A stretch of DNA of 64,000 bases from Pseudomonadales bacterium (GTDB taxonomy: Bacteria > Pseudomonadota > Gammaproteobacteria > Pseudomonadales > Azotimanducaceae). Numbering within the stretch: the first letter of the stretch is position 1; each line of letters begins with the position of its first letter. Made by a program: the position numbers and the translations under genes. Below the pieces are notes generated by a model. That model worked only from the letters and a program-made list of their open reading frames with translations. It ran no database searches and had not been told where the DNA came from. Below, in pieces: positions 49,293 through 61,283 of this stretch. Location of the stretch: NCBI GenBank assembly GCA_028279305.1, contig JANQOA010000208.1, positions 3,707 to 67,706 on the forward strand, written 5' to 3'.

Positions 49293-50351
49293 TTAGAGGT
49301 GAGTAGGAAAAAAGACGCTGTCCGTGAACATCGTAAAGATGCCGCCGGCCATGGTCAGAAAGAGAACCACAAACCCGATCAGGGCTAGAATTCTCGTTGC
49401 CACCAGCAGGCTTTGATGGCGTTTCGCCAGCAGCGCCTGCAGGAGTTCGGTTAAGGCGGCATATGCCGCCGGATAAGATGTGGTCAGCCGCTGGGGGGCC
49501 ATGTTCTGCAGCAACCCGGCGTGCTGGGGGTTGAGTACCCGCCCGGCCAACGCGCGTTCGATGGCCAACCCGCCGGTATGCGCATTGCGCGCATCGCGCA
49601 GTTGGCGCAGTACATAGGGTTCCGCGGCAAACAGCTCCATGGCATCGTTCAACACGTCCACATGACCGGCCCCCTGCCGGTGCATGAGGCTGGCAAAGCG
49701 GCTATAGCGCAGCGCCACGCGCAAACGGTATTCCCGGTCAAAGGGCAGCAGCAGATAGCGGCCGCTGCCCTGCCAGCGTGGGCGTCCCCACAATACCAGC
49801 ATCGTGTATGCGCCGGATGCCGCCAGTAACGGTAGCAGCCATTGGTCCAGCCAGACGCTCAATTGGTACGCGGGATTTTGCCGCAGGGTTTGCGGGTCCG
49901 TGGTGATCTCCAGCAGAATACCCTGCATCAGAAACGCGAGAATGAGCGCCACGCCGAGAACAATCAGGAAGTAGGCGTTGGGGCTGATGACGCTGACAAA
50001 AAACGTCTGCGGTTGCTGGATTTCGCCGAACAAGGTGTCCAGGGCAGGCAGCCAGTTGCCTCGGCGCTCGGCTACGCGAATGACCCCTACGTCGCTGAGC
50101 GGCACCAGCCTGGAATCACGGAAGCCTTTGGCGGCACCGTCACCGGTCCGCAGTGTCTGTAAGGCCCGGCGGGCTGCAATGGCCGCTTCCGGGTATACGT
50201 ACAGACTTTCGGTCAGGTTTTCCAGGGCTTTGCTTAACGGTAACCCGGCAGACAGCTGGGCGCGCATCATGCGGTAGAAAATCAGGCGCTTACCGCGGTC
50301 GAAGCGTAAGGTGCAGTTCCACCACCGCAGCAACGTGTCCAGCAGATTCAC
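49293..50351 (-). CDS. Pilus inner-membrane platform protein (T2SSF/PilR-like)
   Basis: QLSAGLPLSKAL, IRVAERRG, three TM segments; follows the ATPase. Confidence 0.8.
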   Translation of the reverse strand: MNLLDTLLRWWNCTLRFDRGKRLIFYRMMRAQLSAGLPLSKALENLTESLYVYPEAAIAARRALQTLRTGDGAAKGFRDSRLVPLSDVGVIRVAERRGNWLPALDTLFGEIQQPQTFFVSVISPNAYFLIVLGVALILAFLMQGILLEITTDPQTLRQNPAYQLSVWLDQWLLPLLAASGAYTMLVLWGRPRWQGSGRYLLLPFDREYRLRVALRYSRFASLMHRQGAGHVDVLNDAMELFAAEPYVLRQLRDARNAHTGGLAIERALAGRVLNPQHAGLLQNMAPQRLTTSYPAAYAALTELLQALLAKRHQSLLVATRILALIGFVVLFLTMAGGIFTMFTDSVFFPTHL

Positions 50352-51871
50352 GCGGAGCGCTCCACGGCTGGCGGTTGCAGGGCAGGGACCGGGTGTGGCA
50401 GCAGATCCGCGGCAATAAATTCGCCGATGATGTTCTCGGTCAGCAGCGGATCGATCAGCCCCGCGATAATTTTCCGCGCGGCATGCTGATGTTTGCTGAG
50501 CACCCCAAATTGTTCACGCATATGTTGCTGCAGACCGCCGTAATCCCGGGCGCTGATGAGTTGATGAGCGCGGCCGCTGCGGTCCAGAGCCAGTGGAAAC
50601 ACTTCGGCCACCAGGGTCTGCCCGGCCACGCCGTAGCGGCAATGCCCGCAGCCCTCCGGGTTGACATACTTCAGTCCGGCGCCGCTGAACAGCTCCCGCA
50701 TGCGGCGGGCATCTGCCGGATCCGCCGCTTCGGGCAGGGCACAGCGTTGACAGGTCAGGGGCACCAGGTTCTGATTGACGCAGCCGGCCAGGAATGAGGG
50801 GTGGTGGAGCAGATCGGAAGGTATGCCGAGATTGCTGAGCCTGGGGAACACCGATATACAGCTCTGGGTATGCACGGTGGCGTAGACACGTTTGCCTTGA
50901 ATGGCCATGTCCGCGGCGGCATCAGCGGTCATACGGTCGCGTATCTCTCCCAGCACCAGCACATCGGGGTTCTGCCGGACGACTGCCGCCAGCACCTCAC
51001 GAAGTTCGTGTTCCGGGTGTTCGCCGTACTTATTAATTTCGATGTGGGTGCAGTGTTCGAACTCAACTTCGACCGGGTCGGCAATCTCGATGATTTTGCG
51101 GGTGTCGGGCTCGCGCAGGATCAGGCTGGCTAGCGAGGAGGACTTGCCGGAATTAGTTTCGCCGCTCAGGACAATCAGGCCGCCGGGTGCGTGGCAAAGG
51201 CGGTTGATGTGATCGATCTGCCGGCTCGAATAGCCGCAGCGTTCCAGCGGCAGCACAAAATGAGGGTCGCGGATTCGGCACGTCAGGCTGTTGCCCCGGG
51301 TATCTTTAACACTGTTGACCCTGACCCGGTACAGGTGTTCATCAAATTCAAAGTCGAATGCGCAATCGCAGGGCCTGCCCTGCTGGAAATCTGTTGATCC
51401 GCCCATGGAAAAAACGCTGGTGGCCAGCCGCAGGCCGTCTTCGCGGCTGAGATTGCTGAACGGGCGCTTGAAACCATAACGCCGCATGGACACGTAACAG
51501 GTGTCGCGCAGGATATCGATATAGATGTCGCTGGCCTGGTCGCTGACCGCTTCCTCCAGGACATGCAGCAGCATGCGGTTGCTGCTGAACTCAAGGTCGG
51601 CGCTGTGTTGCTGCAGGGCTTCAGCCCGGTGCCAGTTTGAAAATTCAATGGGTGAGACATGGACTGTGCGGGCGCCCCCCAGCTCAGCGTTCACCAGGTC
51701 AAACAACGCCCGCTCAAGGCGCCGGTTTTCCCTGTCTTCCACAACGTATATCGTGCCTTCCGCTGACACCACGGCATCCAGATAATCCTGGTTGCGCTGC
51801 AGAAAATCCTGCACCACGCGAAGCGTGGTCAGGTTGTCTGCGTTCAGTTCTCGCAAGGGTCGGCTCTTCAT
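50348..51871 (-). CDS. Pilus assembly ATPase (GspE/PilB/PilQ family)
   Basis: ASDIYI, GETNSGKSS, DPVE, RQNPDVLVLGEIRD, CQRC/CGHC. Confidence 0.92.
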   Translation of the reverse strand: MKSRPLRELNADNLTTLRVVQDFLQRNQDYLDAVVSAEGTIYVVEDRENRRLERALFDLVNAELGGARTVHVSPIEFSNWHRAEALQQHSADLEFSSNRMLLHVLEEAVSDQASDIYIDILRDTCYVSMRRYGFKRPFSNLSREDGLRLATSVFSMGGSTDFQQGRPCDCAFDFEFDEHLYRVRVNSVKDTRGNSLTCRIRDPHFVLPLERCGYSSRQIDHINRLCHAPGGLIVLSGETNSGKSSSLASLILREPDTRKIIEIADPVEVEFEHCTHIEINKYGEHPEHELREVLAAVVRQNPDVLVLGEIRDRMTADAAADMAIQGKRVYATVHTQSCISVFPRLSNLGIPSDLLHHPSFLAGCVNQNLVPLTCQRCALPEAADPADARRMRELFSGAGLKYVNPEGCGHCRYGVAGQTLVAEVFPLALDRSGRAHQLISARDYGGLQQHMREQFGVLSKHQHAARKIIAGLIDPLLTENIIGEFIAADLLPHPVPALQPPAVERSA

Positions 51872-51886
51872 GGCGGTATACCAGAA

Positions 51887-52519
51887 TCAGTGCGGGTACT
51901 CGATGTTCAGGCGCTGATTGTTGACGAGCAGCGTCACCAGCAAGCGGTTGCCGGGCCCGGGTAAACGGGTGACTGCCTCCAGCTGCCACAAGCCGCCCGG
52001 CGCGTTCCGCGGCTGGCCAAGTTGCAGCGTATAAGGCGTGTTAGCAGGACGGATCACGGCTCTGGCTTCCAGGTTGTGCCGGGCATCCGCCGCCTGGGCG
52101 TACAGCAGGTGCTGACGGCCCGGTGCAAATGGTTTTGCGGCTGCCGGCGAAGGCTTGGCGGCGGCCGCACTGCTGCGCCGGGACATGGCACTGACCACCT
52201 GTTTGATCTTGTTGGTGTCGATATTGCCGTCCAGCAGCGACATCAGCGCCGGGTTGAAGCCGGCCAGCGCCTCAAGCTGCTCCGCCAGGGTGATCAAGGA
52301 AGCCAGGGAGCGCTGGCGGTCTTCAATGGCCGCGCGGGTTTCTTCCAGTTGGGAGAGCGGCGCCAAAGCTGAACCGGTTTGTTCAACCGCGTCTTCTGCT
52401 GCCCCGGCAGGCGTGAAGGCAGCGGCAAACAGAGGCATGACAAGGCAAAGGCAGTACTTCATATACCGTTTCCGGGTGATGTTCAGTTTCATGGGCGTGC
52501 ATAAGCTCCTGGCGGTCAT
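51887..52519 (-). CDS. Exported pilus accessory protein (PilP-like position)
   Basis: Signal-like segment, coiled coil, Ala/Pro linker, small beta domain; start 52519 (ATGA overlap) or 52462. Confidence 0.6.
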   Translation of the reverse strand: MTARSLCTPMKLNITRKRYMKYCLCLVMPLFAAAFTPAGAAEDAVEQTGSALAPLSQLEETRAAIEDRQRSLASLITLAEQLEALAGFNPALMSLLDGNIDTNKIKQVVSAMSRRSSAAAAKPSPAAAKPFAPGRQHLLYAQAADARHNLEARAVIRPANTPYTLQLGQPRNAPGGLWQLEAVTRLPGPGNRLLVTLLVNNQRLNIEYPH

Positions 52520-53808
52520 GACTTCAGTCCTTTGGCGGTCAGGCCGAAGGTACAGTGCGTCACCTGCTGTCCGCTGTACGTGCAACTGGCGCGGTTGGTT
52601 TGCAGCGGATAGCCGCGGAGGTGATTGATCAAGCGCACCAGGGTTTCGCGGCCGGGATTCTCGCTGGAAATGCTGATCTCGGTTTCATCCAGCGCGCCGG
52701 CTTGTTTTACAGCGCCTATGGAAATGGCGACGTTGGGCAACTGGTGCAGCAAAAACAGGTGTTTCAACACGGCCTGCAGTGATTGCGACGGGCGCCTTTG
52801 CTGCGCGACTGAAGGTATCCGGGTCTGCAGCGTCCATTGACCGGCGCCGAGACGGAACTGCCGGTCGGGGCTGGCGTGAGCGGCTGCGATATCCGGGTAA
52901 CGGTTGCTGAAGCCGCCGCTGAACGTCAGGTTGCGGCCTGTGTAGTTGGCCTGGCGTAAACCGTCCCTGGCTAACAGGCGCGTGTCCGGCGAGTAGAGTC
53001 TGGAGACAAATCCGCTGAGTTCTGTTGCGGCGCTGAACACGGCCTGGTCGCTGGGCTTTGGTATTGCCGCTGTCGCCGCCGGTTCAGGCGCCTCACCCTG
53101 CCCGCCGATGAACAGGACGGTTATCACGACAGCGGCTAACAGGGCTGCTGCGGTTGCATAGTGCGGGTGTAACAGCCGCTGGCTGAGAAAAGCGGTGTAG
53201 ACGCGGCGGAACGGATAACCGGTGATTTGGAAGGGGCAAGGTTCCAGTACAACCATCGGCTGAATCTGCGCGCCGGCGCTGCCGCCGGCAAACGCGCGTA
53301 TGGTTTTGCCTTGCTGCTGCCAGGTTTCAATCAGCGCTTGCGCGTTGTTAGCCACCACAACGTGTTCGTTGGTGACCTGGCCGTTGTCTATCTCAGCGCC
53401 GTAGACCAGGGTGTCCAGCGGAACCAGCAGGTTGAAAGTACGGTTTGTGCCGTTGCCGTTGGTATGGCCGTTACCATTGCCATTGCCATTGCCGTTGTTA
53501 TGGCCATTACTATGCCCGTTCCCGTTCCCGTTCCCGTTCCCGTTCCCGTTCCCGTTCCCGTTCTTCTTGGCCTGTAGCCAGCGCTCAATGGCGATGGATA
53601 TTGAGCAACCGGGTGCGCCGGCAGCCATCCATACGCGTCCGTAGCGGTCATCGAATACCTGCAGGTGGTTGGCGTTGTGGCGCTTAACAAACGCATGCAA
53701 CTGGCGCGAGACCTCCCATCGGGGCATGTCTGCCGGCAGCGGCAGTTGCGGTGCGGCACAGATCAGGCGCATCGCGCGGCCGTTGATGGTGTCTTCGTAG
53801 ATCCGCAT
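52516..53808 (-). CDS. Bitopic pilus accessory protein (PilO/BfpC-like position) with Asn-Gly tract
   Basis: Cytoplasmic N-domain, one central TM, periplasmic domain; abuts the secretin stop. Confidence 0.65.
   Translation of the reverse strand: MRIYEDTINGRAMRLICAAPQLPLPADMPRWEVSRQLHAFVKRHNANHLQVFDDRYGRVWMAAGAPGCSISIAIERWLQAKKNGNGNGNGNGNGNGNGHSNGHNNGNGNGNGNGHTNGNGTNRTFNLLVPLDTLVYGAEIDNGQVTNEHVVVANNAQALIETWQQQGKTIRAFAGGSAGAQIQPMVVLEPCPFQITGYPFRRVYTAFLSQRLLHPHYATAAALLAAVVITVLFIGGQGEAPEPAATAAIPKPSDQAVFSAATELSGFVSRLYSPDTRLLARDGLRQANYTGRNLTFSGGFSNRYPDIAAAHASPDRQFRLGAGQWTLQTRIPSVAQQRRPSQSLQAVLKHLFLLHQLPNVAISIGAVKQAGALDETEISISSENPGRETLVRLINHLRGYPLQTNRASCTYSGQQVTHCTFGLTAKGLKS
53515..53562 (-). repeat. 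In-frame hexamer repeat (AACGGG)x8
   Basis: CCCGTT x8 on the plus strand, encoding (NG)8. Confidence 0.95.
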
Positions 53809-55395
53809 CTATAGCACGTCCGCGGTGAGCACCATGACCGTTTCCCGGCGTGTTCTGTCTTTCGACACACCGTCACCCAGCCAGGGCAGCCAGGGTGTAC
53901 GGTTAAGGGTACGGCGGTCCTCAGCGTTGGACAGGGAGGTGATCATCTTGGTCTGGCCGTCCTGCAACGACACCGCCATCACCCGGTTGTAGTCGTCGGT
54001 GACAAAGTTGGTGCCCTGAATGCGTCCGTCATCAAAGGAGTAGGGTTCTTCATCCACAAATGTGGAGCGCGATATGCCCAGCCTCACGGTCACCAGGTTG
54101 CTGTTGATGGTGGGTTGGACGTGTACCGCCCAGCCGGTGCGCAATTCTTCAAAGTCCACGCTGGAGCGGTTGAACGTGGAGCCGCCCACCGCTTCCGAGG
54201 CATCCACGATCTGGCTGACGTACTGACGGGTCTGGGTGGCATCCACACTGCCGACAGCGTTATTGCGCACCTCTACCACTTCATTGAAGGCAATTTGCGT
54301 TTCGCCCTGGGTGCGCAGCCAGTTGAGGATAGCCTGGCTGCCGTCGTAACGGTTGCCTTCATTGAACAGGAAGGACAGGCTGCTGTTGACGTCTGCCGGC
54401 GGCAGCGGCAGCACGTCTACCCCGACCGAAATGGCCGCGTCGCGGATTGCGTTCAAATCCAGGCTGCGGTTGTTGCCGCCGTTAATTTCTACTTCGAATA
54501 TGGCTATGCGTAACACCACGGAGCGGGAAGCGGCAGTGTTGTATGCATCGAGGGCGGTCTCCACCAGGCGCATCTGCTGCGGCCGGGCCGTCACCACAAC
54601 CGAGTTTGCGGAGGGCAGAATACTGAAGCTTGTCCGCGGGTCCACGTTTGTGCCGGGGCCGCCTTCCGCGTTCAGGCCCAGCAAGGTGCGCAACAGGGTT
54701 TCCAGCTCTTCTACATATGGGTCGATGCTTACGTTCAGCCTGTTGGTGGCGCGGGTGTTGCTGTTGTTGTCATCGCCGCCGCTGCTGTTGTCCGCAAATT
54801 CGCCAAAGCCGTTGCGCTGATTATTCAAGCTGCGCAGCGGTATGCGGGCCATGCTGCGGCCCGGTTGGATAGACAGCGGAAATGTGGTGGTTTCGATGTC
54901 GTATACCAGCACTACGCCGTTGTGCACCTCATAAGACCAGTTGGCCTGCTGGCAGATAGCGTCCAGATGATCTTCGATAGTGGTCGCGTCCAGCGGCTGG
55001 GAAACGTTGACCTCACCCGCCTGGCTGCCGGGCTTGAAGGTCAGTTTTATCGGCCGTTGTTGGGCCAGTTGTTGAATGGCCAGGGCTGCCGGCAGGTTCT
55101 GGTAACTGACTTGGATGGGGTCGGTGAGCCAGGGTGCTGAACGGGGCACTTCCACGCGTAACGCCGGGGTTACGGTGGGTGGCTGGCCGTGACGGCCCGG
55201 CGGCAGCAGATGAGGCGCTTGCGGGCTGGTGTCGATGAGCTGACGCGCCTGGTCCTCTGCGGTGGGCTGATCGGGCTCGTTTTGAGACCACGGCTTCGAC
55301 AGCCCGGAAAACCCCTGTTGCCAGGTGCAGCCGGATAGCAACAGTGCGGCTGCCATGAGGGAGCGGTTCAGGTTGTGGAGTGAGTTACAGGCCAT
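53809..55395 (-). CDS. Lipoprotein secretin (PilN/BfpB/TcpC-like)
   Basis: Lipobox LSGC; VVVTARPQQMRLVE N-domain; VVLRIAIFEV, TGWAVHVQP, ETVMVLTA secretin domain. Confidence 0.85.
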   Translation of the reverse strand: MACNSLHNLNRSLMAAALLLSGCTWQQGFSGLSKPWSQNEPDQPTAEDQARQLIDTSPQAPHLLPPGRHGQPPTVTPALRVEVPRSAPWLTDPIQVSYQNLPAALAIQQLAQQRPIKLTFKPGSQAGEVNVSQPLDATTIEDHLDAICQQANWSYEVHNGVVLVYDIETTTFPLSIQPGRSMARIPLRSLNNQRNGFGEFADNSSGGDDNNSNTRATNRLNVSIDPYVEELETLLRTLLGLNAEGGPGTNVDPRTSFSILPSANSVVVTARPQQMRLVETALDAYNTAASRSVVLRIAIFEVEINGGNNRSLDLNAIRDAAISVGVDVLPLPPADVNSSLSFLFNEGNRYDGSQAILNWLRTQGETQIAFNEVVEVRNNAVGSVDATQTRQYVSQIVDASEAVGGSTFNRSSVDFEELRTGWAVHVQPTINSNLVTVRLGISRSTFVDEEPYSFDDGRIQGTNFVTDDYNRVMAVSLQDGQTKMITSLSNAEDRRTLNRTPWLPWLGDGVSKDRTRRETVMVLTADVL

Positions 55396-55963
55396 TATGT
55401 ACCTCCACAAAATCCACCGTACCGTCGGTACTGCGCACCAGGGCGGCGATACCATACATCTGGTGCAGAAATTCGAAAAACTCGCCCAGATCGAGCGCCT
55501 CCAAGCGGTAGCCCACAGGAATCATCCAATCCACCATGTGGCGTTGGTTGCCGGGGAACCAGTACCCCAGTTGCCAGCCGCAGGTTTGCAGTGCGCTCTG
55601 GACGTTGCTGCGCAGCGAACCGGCCTGCATGCCGGTGATCCTGCATCCGGCGGTTTCACCCAGCGGGCTTGCGCCGCCGCCAACGGTGGACCAGGCCAGA
55701 ATGGACGGCGGCAAAGGCCGGGAGACTGACTGCCGGGGGCTGTCCGTGGACTCCGCAGCGGCCGTCAGCGGCTGCGACTCGGTTACGCTCACCTGCGCTG
55801 CGGCTTCAGCGCGTTGTTCCGCTTCAACGCCGGTGAAGTGGGCACAACCGGGCGCCAGGGTGGTGCAGATCAATAGCGCCAGCAGATGGAAGCGGGGAGC
55901 GGCATATTGAAGGCGCCGTCGCGGACGCAGCGATGACTGATAACGGATGTTGCGCATGGGCAA
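55385..55963 (-). CDS. Lipoprotein with TcpQ/PilL-like C-terminal domain
   Basis: LAPGC lipobox-like; GSLRSNV...GWQLGYW...DW pattern; first gene of the operon. Confidence 0.6.
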   Translation of the reverse strand: MPMRNIRYQSSLRPRRRLQYAAPRFHLLALLICTTLAPGCAHFTGVEAEQRAEAAAQVSVTESQPLTAAAESTDSPRQSVSRPLPPSILAWSTVGGGASPLGETAGCRITGMQAGSLRSNVQSALQTCGWQLGYWFPGNQRHMVDWMIPVGYRLEALDLGEFFEFLHQMYGIAALVRSTDGTVDFVEVHNGL

Positions 55964-56178
55964 GATGTGGCTGTCTTGTTATTGATTCGGGCGGGCAGCT
56001 TATCGGGGGGTGGACGGCATGTATCCACAAAGAATCAACGAAAGCTTAACGAAATCGTTGTGAGTGCGGAGGTTATAAAAGGTATTGGGGGTAAAGGTTG
56101 TTTAAACAGGAAAGGCTTGATGCGGTTTGGGCAGCCGGCGGCAGCTCAGGCAGCCGGCGCCCCCGGGTGATGTAGGGT

Positions 56179-57846
<1,668 letters not shown>

Positions 57847-58020
57847 TGCTGTCGTTCCGGTTAATCGACCAATAAAGGGGCGGCAGTATACGGATATCAC
57901 GCATCCGGCTCACTTTTATGTTGAAACTTTTTTACGCGATTTAGCAGCCGCTTAGTTTACAATGCGCGCCTTCATCAGCACCGCGTTGCAGCGCGCATCC
58001 ACCACCAACACGAGACTTTA

Positions 58021-59280
58021 ATGTTTACAGGAAACGAAACCATTGCCGGCTTTGATGACGAACTGGCTTCCGCCATTGCTGAGGAAAACCGCCGCCAGGA
58101 AGAGCATATAGAACTGATTGCGTCGGAAAACTATGCCAGTCCGCGGGTGCTGGAAGCACAGGGTTCGGTGCTGACCAATAAGTATGCTGAGGGTTATCCG
58201 CACAAGCGTTACTACGGCGGCTGTGAATATGTGGACCAGGTGGAAGTGTTGGCCATAGACCGGGTCAAAGCACTGTTCGGTGCGGACTATGCCAACGTGC
58301 AGCCGCATTCCGGCTCCCAGGCCAACAGTGCGGTATATCTTGCCCTGCTGGAGCCCGGCGACACGGTACTGGGAATGAGCCTGGCTGACGGCGGGCACCT
58401 GACCCACGGTGCGGCGGTGAACTTTTCCGGGCGCATGTATAACGCGGTGCAGTACGGCCTGAATGTTGAGACTGGGCTGGTGGACTACGACCAGGTGGCG
58501 AGCCTGGCGCGGCAACACCAGCCGAAGATGATCATGGCGGGCTTTTCCGCTTACTCGCGCAAAATGGACTGGCAGAAGTTCCGCGACATTGCTGACGAAG
58601 TGGGCGCATACCTGGTAGTGGACATGGCCCATGTTGCCGGCCTGGTGGCTGCGGGCTTGTATCCCAATCCGGTGCAGATCGCTGACGTCACCACCTCTAC
58701 CACGCACAAAACCCTGGGTGGCCCCCGCGGCGGCATTATCCTGGCGCGTTCGAATGCGGAGATCGAAAAGAAACTCAACTCAGCGCTGTTCCCCGGCAGC
58801 CAGGGCGGGCCGCTGATGCATGTCATTGCGGCCAAAGCGGTTTGTTTCAAGGAAGCCATGGGTGAGGAATTCAAAACTTACCAGACCCAGGTGGTGGCCA
58901 ACGCCCGCACCATGGCTGACGGTTTCCTGTCCCGAGGTTATGACGTGGTATCCGGCGGCACCGACAATCACCTGTTCCTGCTCGACCTGGTCAGCAAAGG
59001 TATTACCGGTAAAGACGCTGATGCGGCGCTGGGCCGCGCTAACATCACGGTCAACAAAAACGCCGTACCCAACGATCCGCGTTCGCCCTTTGTCACCAGC
59101 GGCTTGCGGCTGGGGTCGCCGGCCGGCACCCGGCGCGGCTTCCGCGAAGCCGAGTTTGCCACCCTGACCGGGTGGATGTGTGACATCCTCGATGACATCA
59201 ACAACGACAACATGATCGGGTCCGTTCAAAAGCTGGTTAAAGACCTGTGCCAGCGTTACCCGGTGTACCCAGCCGCCTGA
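58021..59280 (+). CDS. glyA: Serine hydroxymethyltransferase
   Basis: [21 protein letters not shown]. Confidence 0.98.
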   Translation: MFTGNETIAGFDDELASAIAEENRRQEEHIELIASENYASPRVLEAQGSVLTNKYAEGYPHKRYYGGCEYVDQVEVLAIDRVKALFGADYANVQPHSGSQANSAVYLALLEPGDTVLGMSLADGGHLTHGAAVNFSGRMYNAVQYGLNVETGLVDYDQVASLARQHQPKMIMAGFSAYSRKMDWQKFRDIADEVGAYLVVDMAHVAGLVAAGLYPNPVQIADVTTSTTHKTLGGPRGGIILARSNAEIEKKLNSALFPGSQGGPLMHVIAAKAVCFKEAMGEEFKTYQTQVVANARTMADGFLSRGYDVVSGGTDNHLFLLDLVSKGITGKDADAALGRANITVNKNAVPNDPRSPFVTSGLRLGSPAGTRRGFREAEFATLTGWMCDILDDINNDNMIGSVQKLVKDLCQRYPVYPAA

Positions 59281-59295
59281 ACCGGCGCCAAGCTG

Positions 59296-59784
59296 ATGCA
59301 TTGCCCGTTCTGCGCTGAGGATGACACCAAGGTTATAGACTCGCGCCTGGTGGCGGCGGGTGAGGCGGTGCGCCGCCGCCGCGAATGCCAGTCCTGCGGA
59401 GAACGTTTTACCACCTTTGAAACCGCGGAACTGGTGATGCCGCGCATCATCAAAAGGGACGGCAGCCGCGAACCCTTTGATGAGGAGAAGCTCAAATTCG
59501 GTCTCACCAAGGCGCTGGAAAAACGCCCGGTCAGTGTGGATGAGATCGAAGCCGCGTTGAACCACATCAAACACAACCTGCGCTCCACCGGCGAGCGCGA
59601 GTTGCCGTCGATGATGGTGGGTGAAGAAGTCATGGCTGCGCTGCGCAATCTGGATCCGGTGGCCTATGTGCGTTTCGCCTCGGTCTACCGGGATTTCCAG
59701 GACGTCAGCGAGTTTGCGGAAGAAATTCTCAAACTGAAGTCGGATATCAGCACCGGCCCGGACGCGGCGGATGTCAGCCGCTGA
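59296..59784 (+). CDS. nrdR: Transcriptional repressor NrdR
   Basis: MHCPFC, RRRREC, ATP cone, AYVRFASVY. Confidence 0.97.
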   Translation: MHCPFCAEDDTKVIDSRLVAAGEAVRRRRECQSCGERFTTFETAELVMPRIIKRDGSREPFDEEKLKFGLTKALEKRPVSVDEIEAALNHIKHNLRSTGERELPSMMVGEEVMAALRNLDPVAYVRFASVYRDFQDVSEFAEEILKLKSDISTGPDAADVSR

Positions 59785-60859
59785 TCTGCTGTATCTGCGG
59801 CGTACCGTGGAGTTGGCTGAAGGCGGGCGCTTTACCTGCGCGCCCAACCCGTGTGTGGGCTGTGTCATTGTGCGCGACGGCGTCATTCTGGGCCGCGGTT
59901 ATCACCAGCGCGCCGGTGACGGCCACGCGGAAGTGAATGCGCTGGCGGACGCCGGCGCGGATGTTGCCGGCGCCACCGTCTACGTCAGCCTCGAACCCTG
60001 TGCGTTTACCGGCCGCACGCCGGCCTGCGCCCGCACCCTGGTGCAGGCGGGGGTTGCGCGGGTGGTTATTGCGGCGCTGGACCCGCACCCGAAAGTATCC
60101 GGCGCCGGGGTGGAGATCCTGCGTCAGGCGGGCATTGAGGTGCAGCATATCGATCTGCCGGAGGCGCACCTGCTGATTCAGGGTTATGTTTCCCGCATCA
60201 CCCGCCAGCGCCCCTGGGTGCGGGTGAAAAGCGCCAGCAGTCTGGATGGCGCCACCGCGCTGGCGAGCGGTGAAAGCCAGTGGATTACCGGCCCTCAGGC
60301 GCGCCGTGATGTGCAATACTGGCGCGCGCGCAGCGACGCCATTATTACCGGCCGGGGCACCGTCATGGCGGATGATCCGGCGCTGACCGTACGCGATGCG
60401 GACCTGCAGCACGCCCGCGCGCCGCTGCGGGTGGTGGTGGATTCAGCATTGGCGTGCTCCACTGGCCAACAGATATTTAACGGCGCGGTGCCGACGCTGT
60501 GGGTGCACACAAAGCGCGCCGCGCCGCCCGGCGGATTACCGGCGGAGGTCGAAACGCTGATGCTGCCGGAGCAGGACAACCAGGTTGCGCTGCAGCCGCT
60601 GCTGGCGGAACTGGCCGAACGGGGTTGTAACGAGGTGCTGGTGGAAGCCGGCGCCGGGCTGGTGGGCAGTTTTGTCGCCCAGGACCTGTGGGATGCCTGG
60701 GTCTGTTATCTGGCGCCCAGGTGGCTGGGCGCGGGCACCCGCGGGGTGGCGGATTATTCGCTGGCGCGGCTGGCGGATGGCGCTCAAGGTCAGGTGGTGG
60801 ACGTGCAGATGCTGGGGGACGACATTCGAATTCAACTGGAGCGGCGGCATGAGCGCTAA
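59771..60859 (+). CDS. ribD: Riboflavin biosynthesis deaminase/reductase
   Basis: PNPCVGC, HAE, LEPC..GRTPAC, SQWITG, VEAG. Confidence 0.95.
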   Translation: MSAADLLYLRRTVELAEGGRFTCAPNPCVGCVIVRDGVILGRGYHQRAGDGHAEVNALADAGADVAGATVYVSLEPCAFTGRTPACARTLVQAGVARVVIAALDPHPKVSGAGVEILRQAGIEVQHIDLPEAHLLIQGYVSRITRQRPWVRVKSASSLDGATALASGESQWITGPQARRDVQYWRARSDAIITGRGTVMADDPALTVRDADLQHARAPLRVVVDSALACSTGQQIFNGAVPTLWVHTKRAAPPGGLPAEVETLMLPEQDNQVALQPLLAELAERGCNEVLVEAGAGLVGSFVAQDLWDAWVCYLAPRWLGAGTRGVADYSLARLADGAQGQVVDVQMLGDDIRIQLERRHER

Positions 60860-61283
60860 GCCCAACGTCTGGGCCAGACGCAAAAGCCGGCGCGCGCTGG
60901 TGCAGGCCATCTATCAGTGGCAGCTTTCCGCGCACAGTTACAGCGATATTGTTGCCGACTTCAAATCCGGCAGCGCGCTGGACAAAGCGGATGAGGTTTT
61001 TTTTACCGAAGTTCTGCACAGCGTGCTGCGCAACGCGGAGGCGCTGGACGCACATTTTGCGCCGCTGCTGGACCGCGGCATCGATCAACTCGACCAGGTG
61101 GAACGCGCCATTCTGCGTCTGGCGGCAGCGGAACTGAGTGACCGCATAGACGTACCCTACCGGGTGGTTATCGACGAATACGTTGAACTGGCCAAGACCT
61201 TCGGCGCCCAGGATTCACATAAGTACATTAATGGGGTGCTCGACCGGCTGGCGGCAGCGCTGCGTAATATCGAATATGGATGA
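60849..61283 (+). CDS. nusB: Transcription antitermination factor NusB
   Basis: ARRKSRRALVQAIYQW, ELAKTFG, YINGVLD; ATG at 60849. Confidence 0.95.
   Translation: MSAKPNVWARRKSRRALVQAIYQWQLSAHSYSDIVADFKSGSALDKADEVFFTEVLHSVLRNAEALDAHFAPLLDRGIDQLDQVERAILRLAAAELSDRIDVPYRVVIDEYVELAKTFGAQDSHKYINGVLDRLAAALRNIEYG

Noticed and set aside
47716-55963. Conjugative element or prophage around the pilus operon
   Set aside because: No integrase, relaxase, T4SS genes or flanking direct repeats seen.
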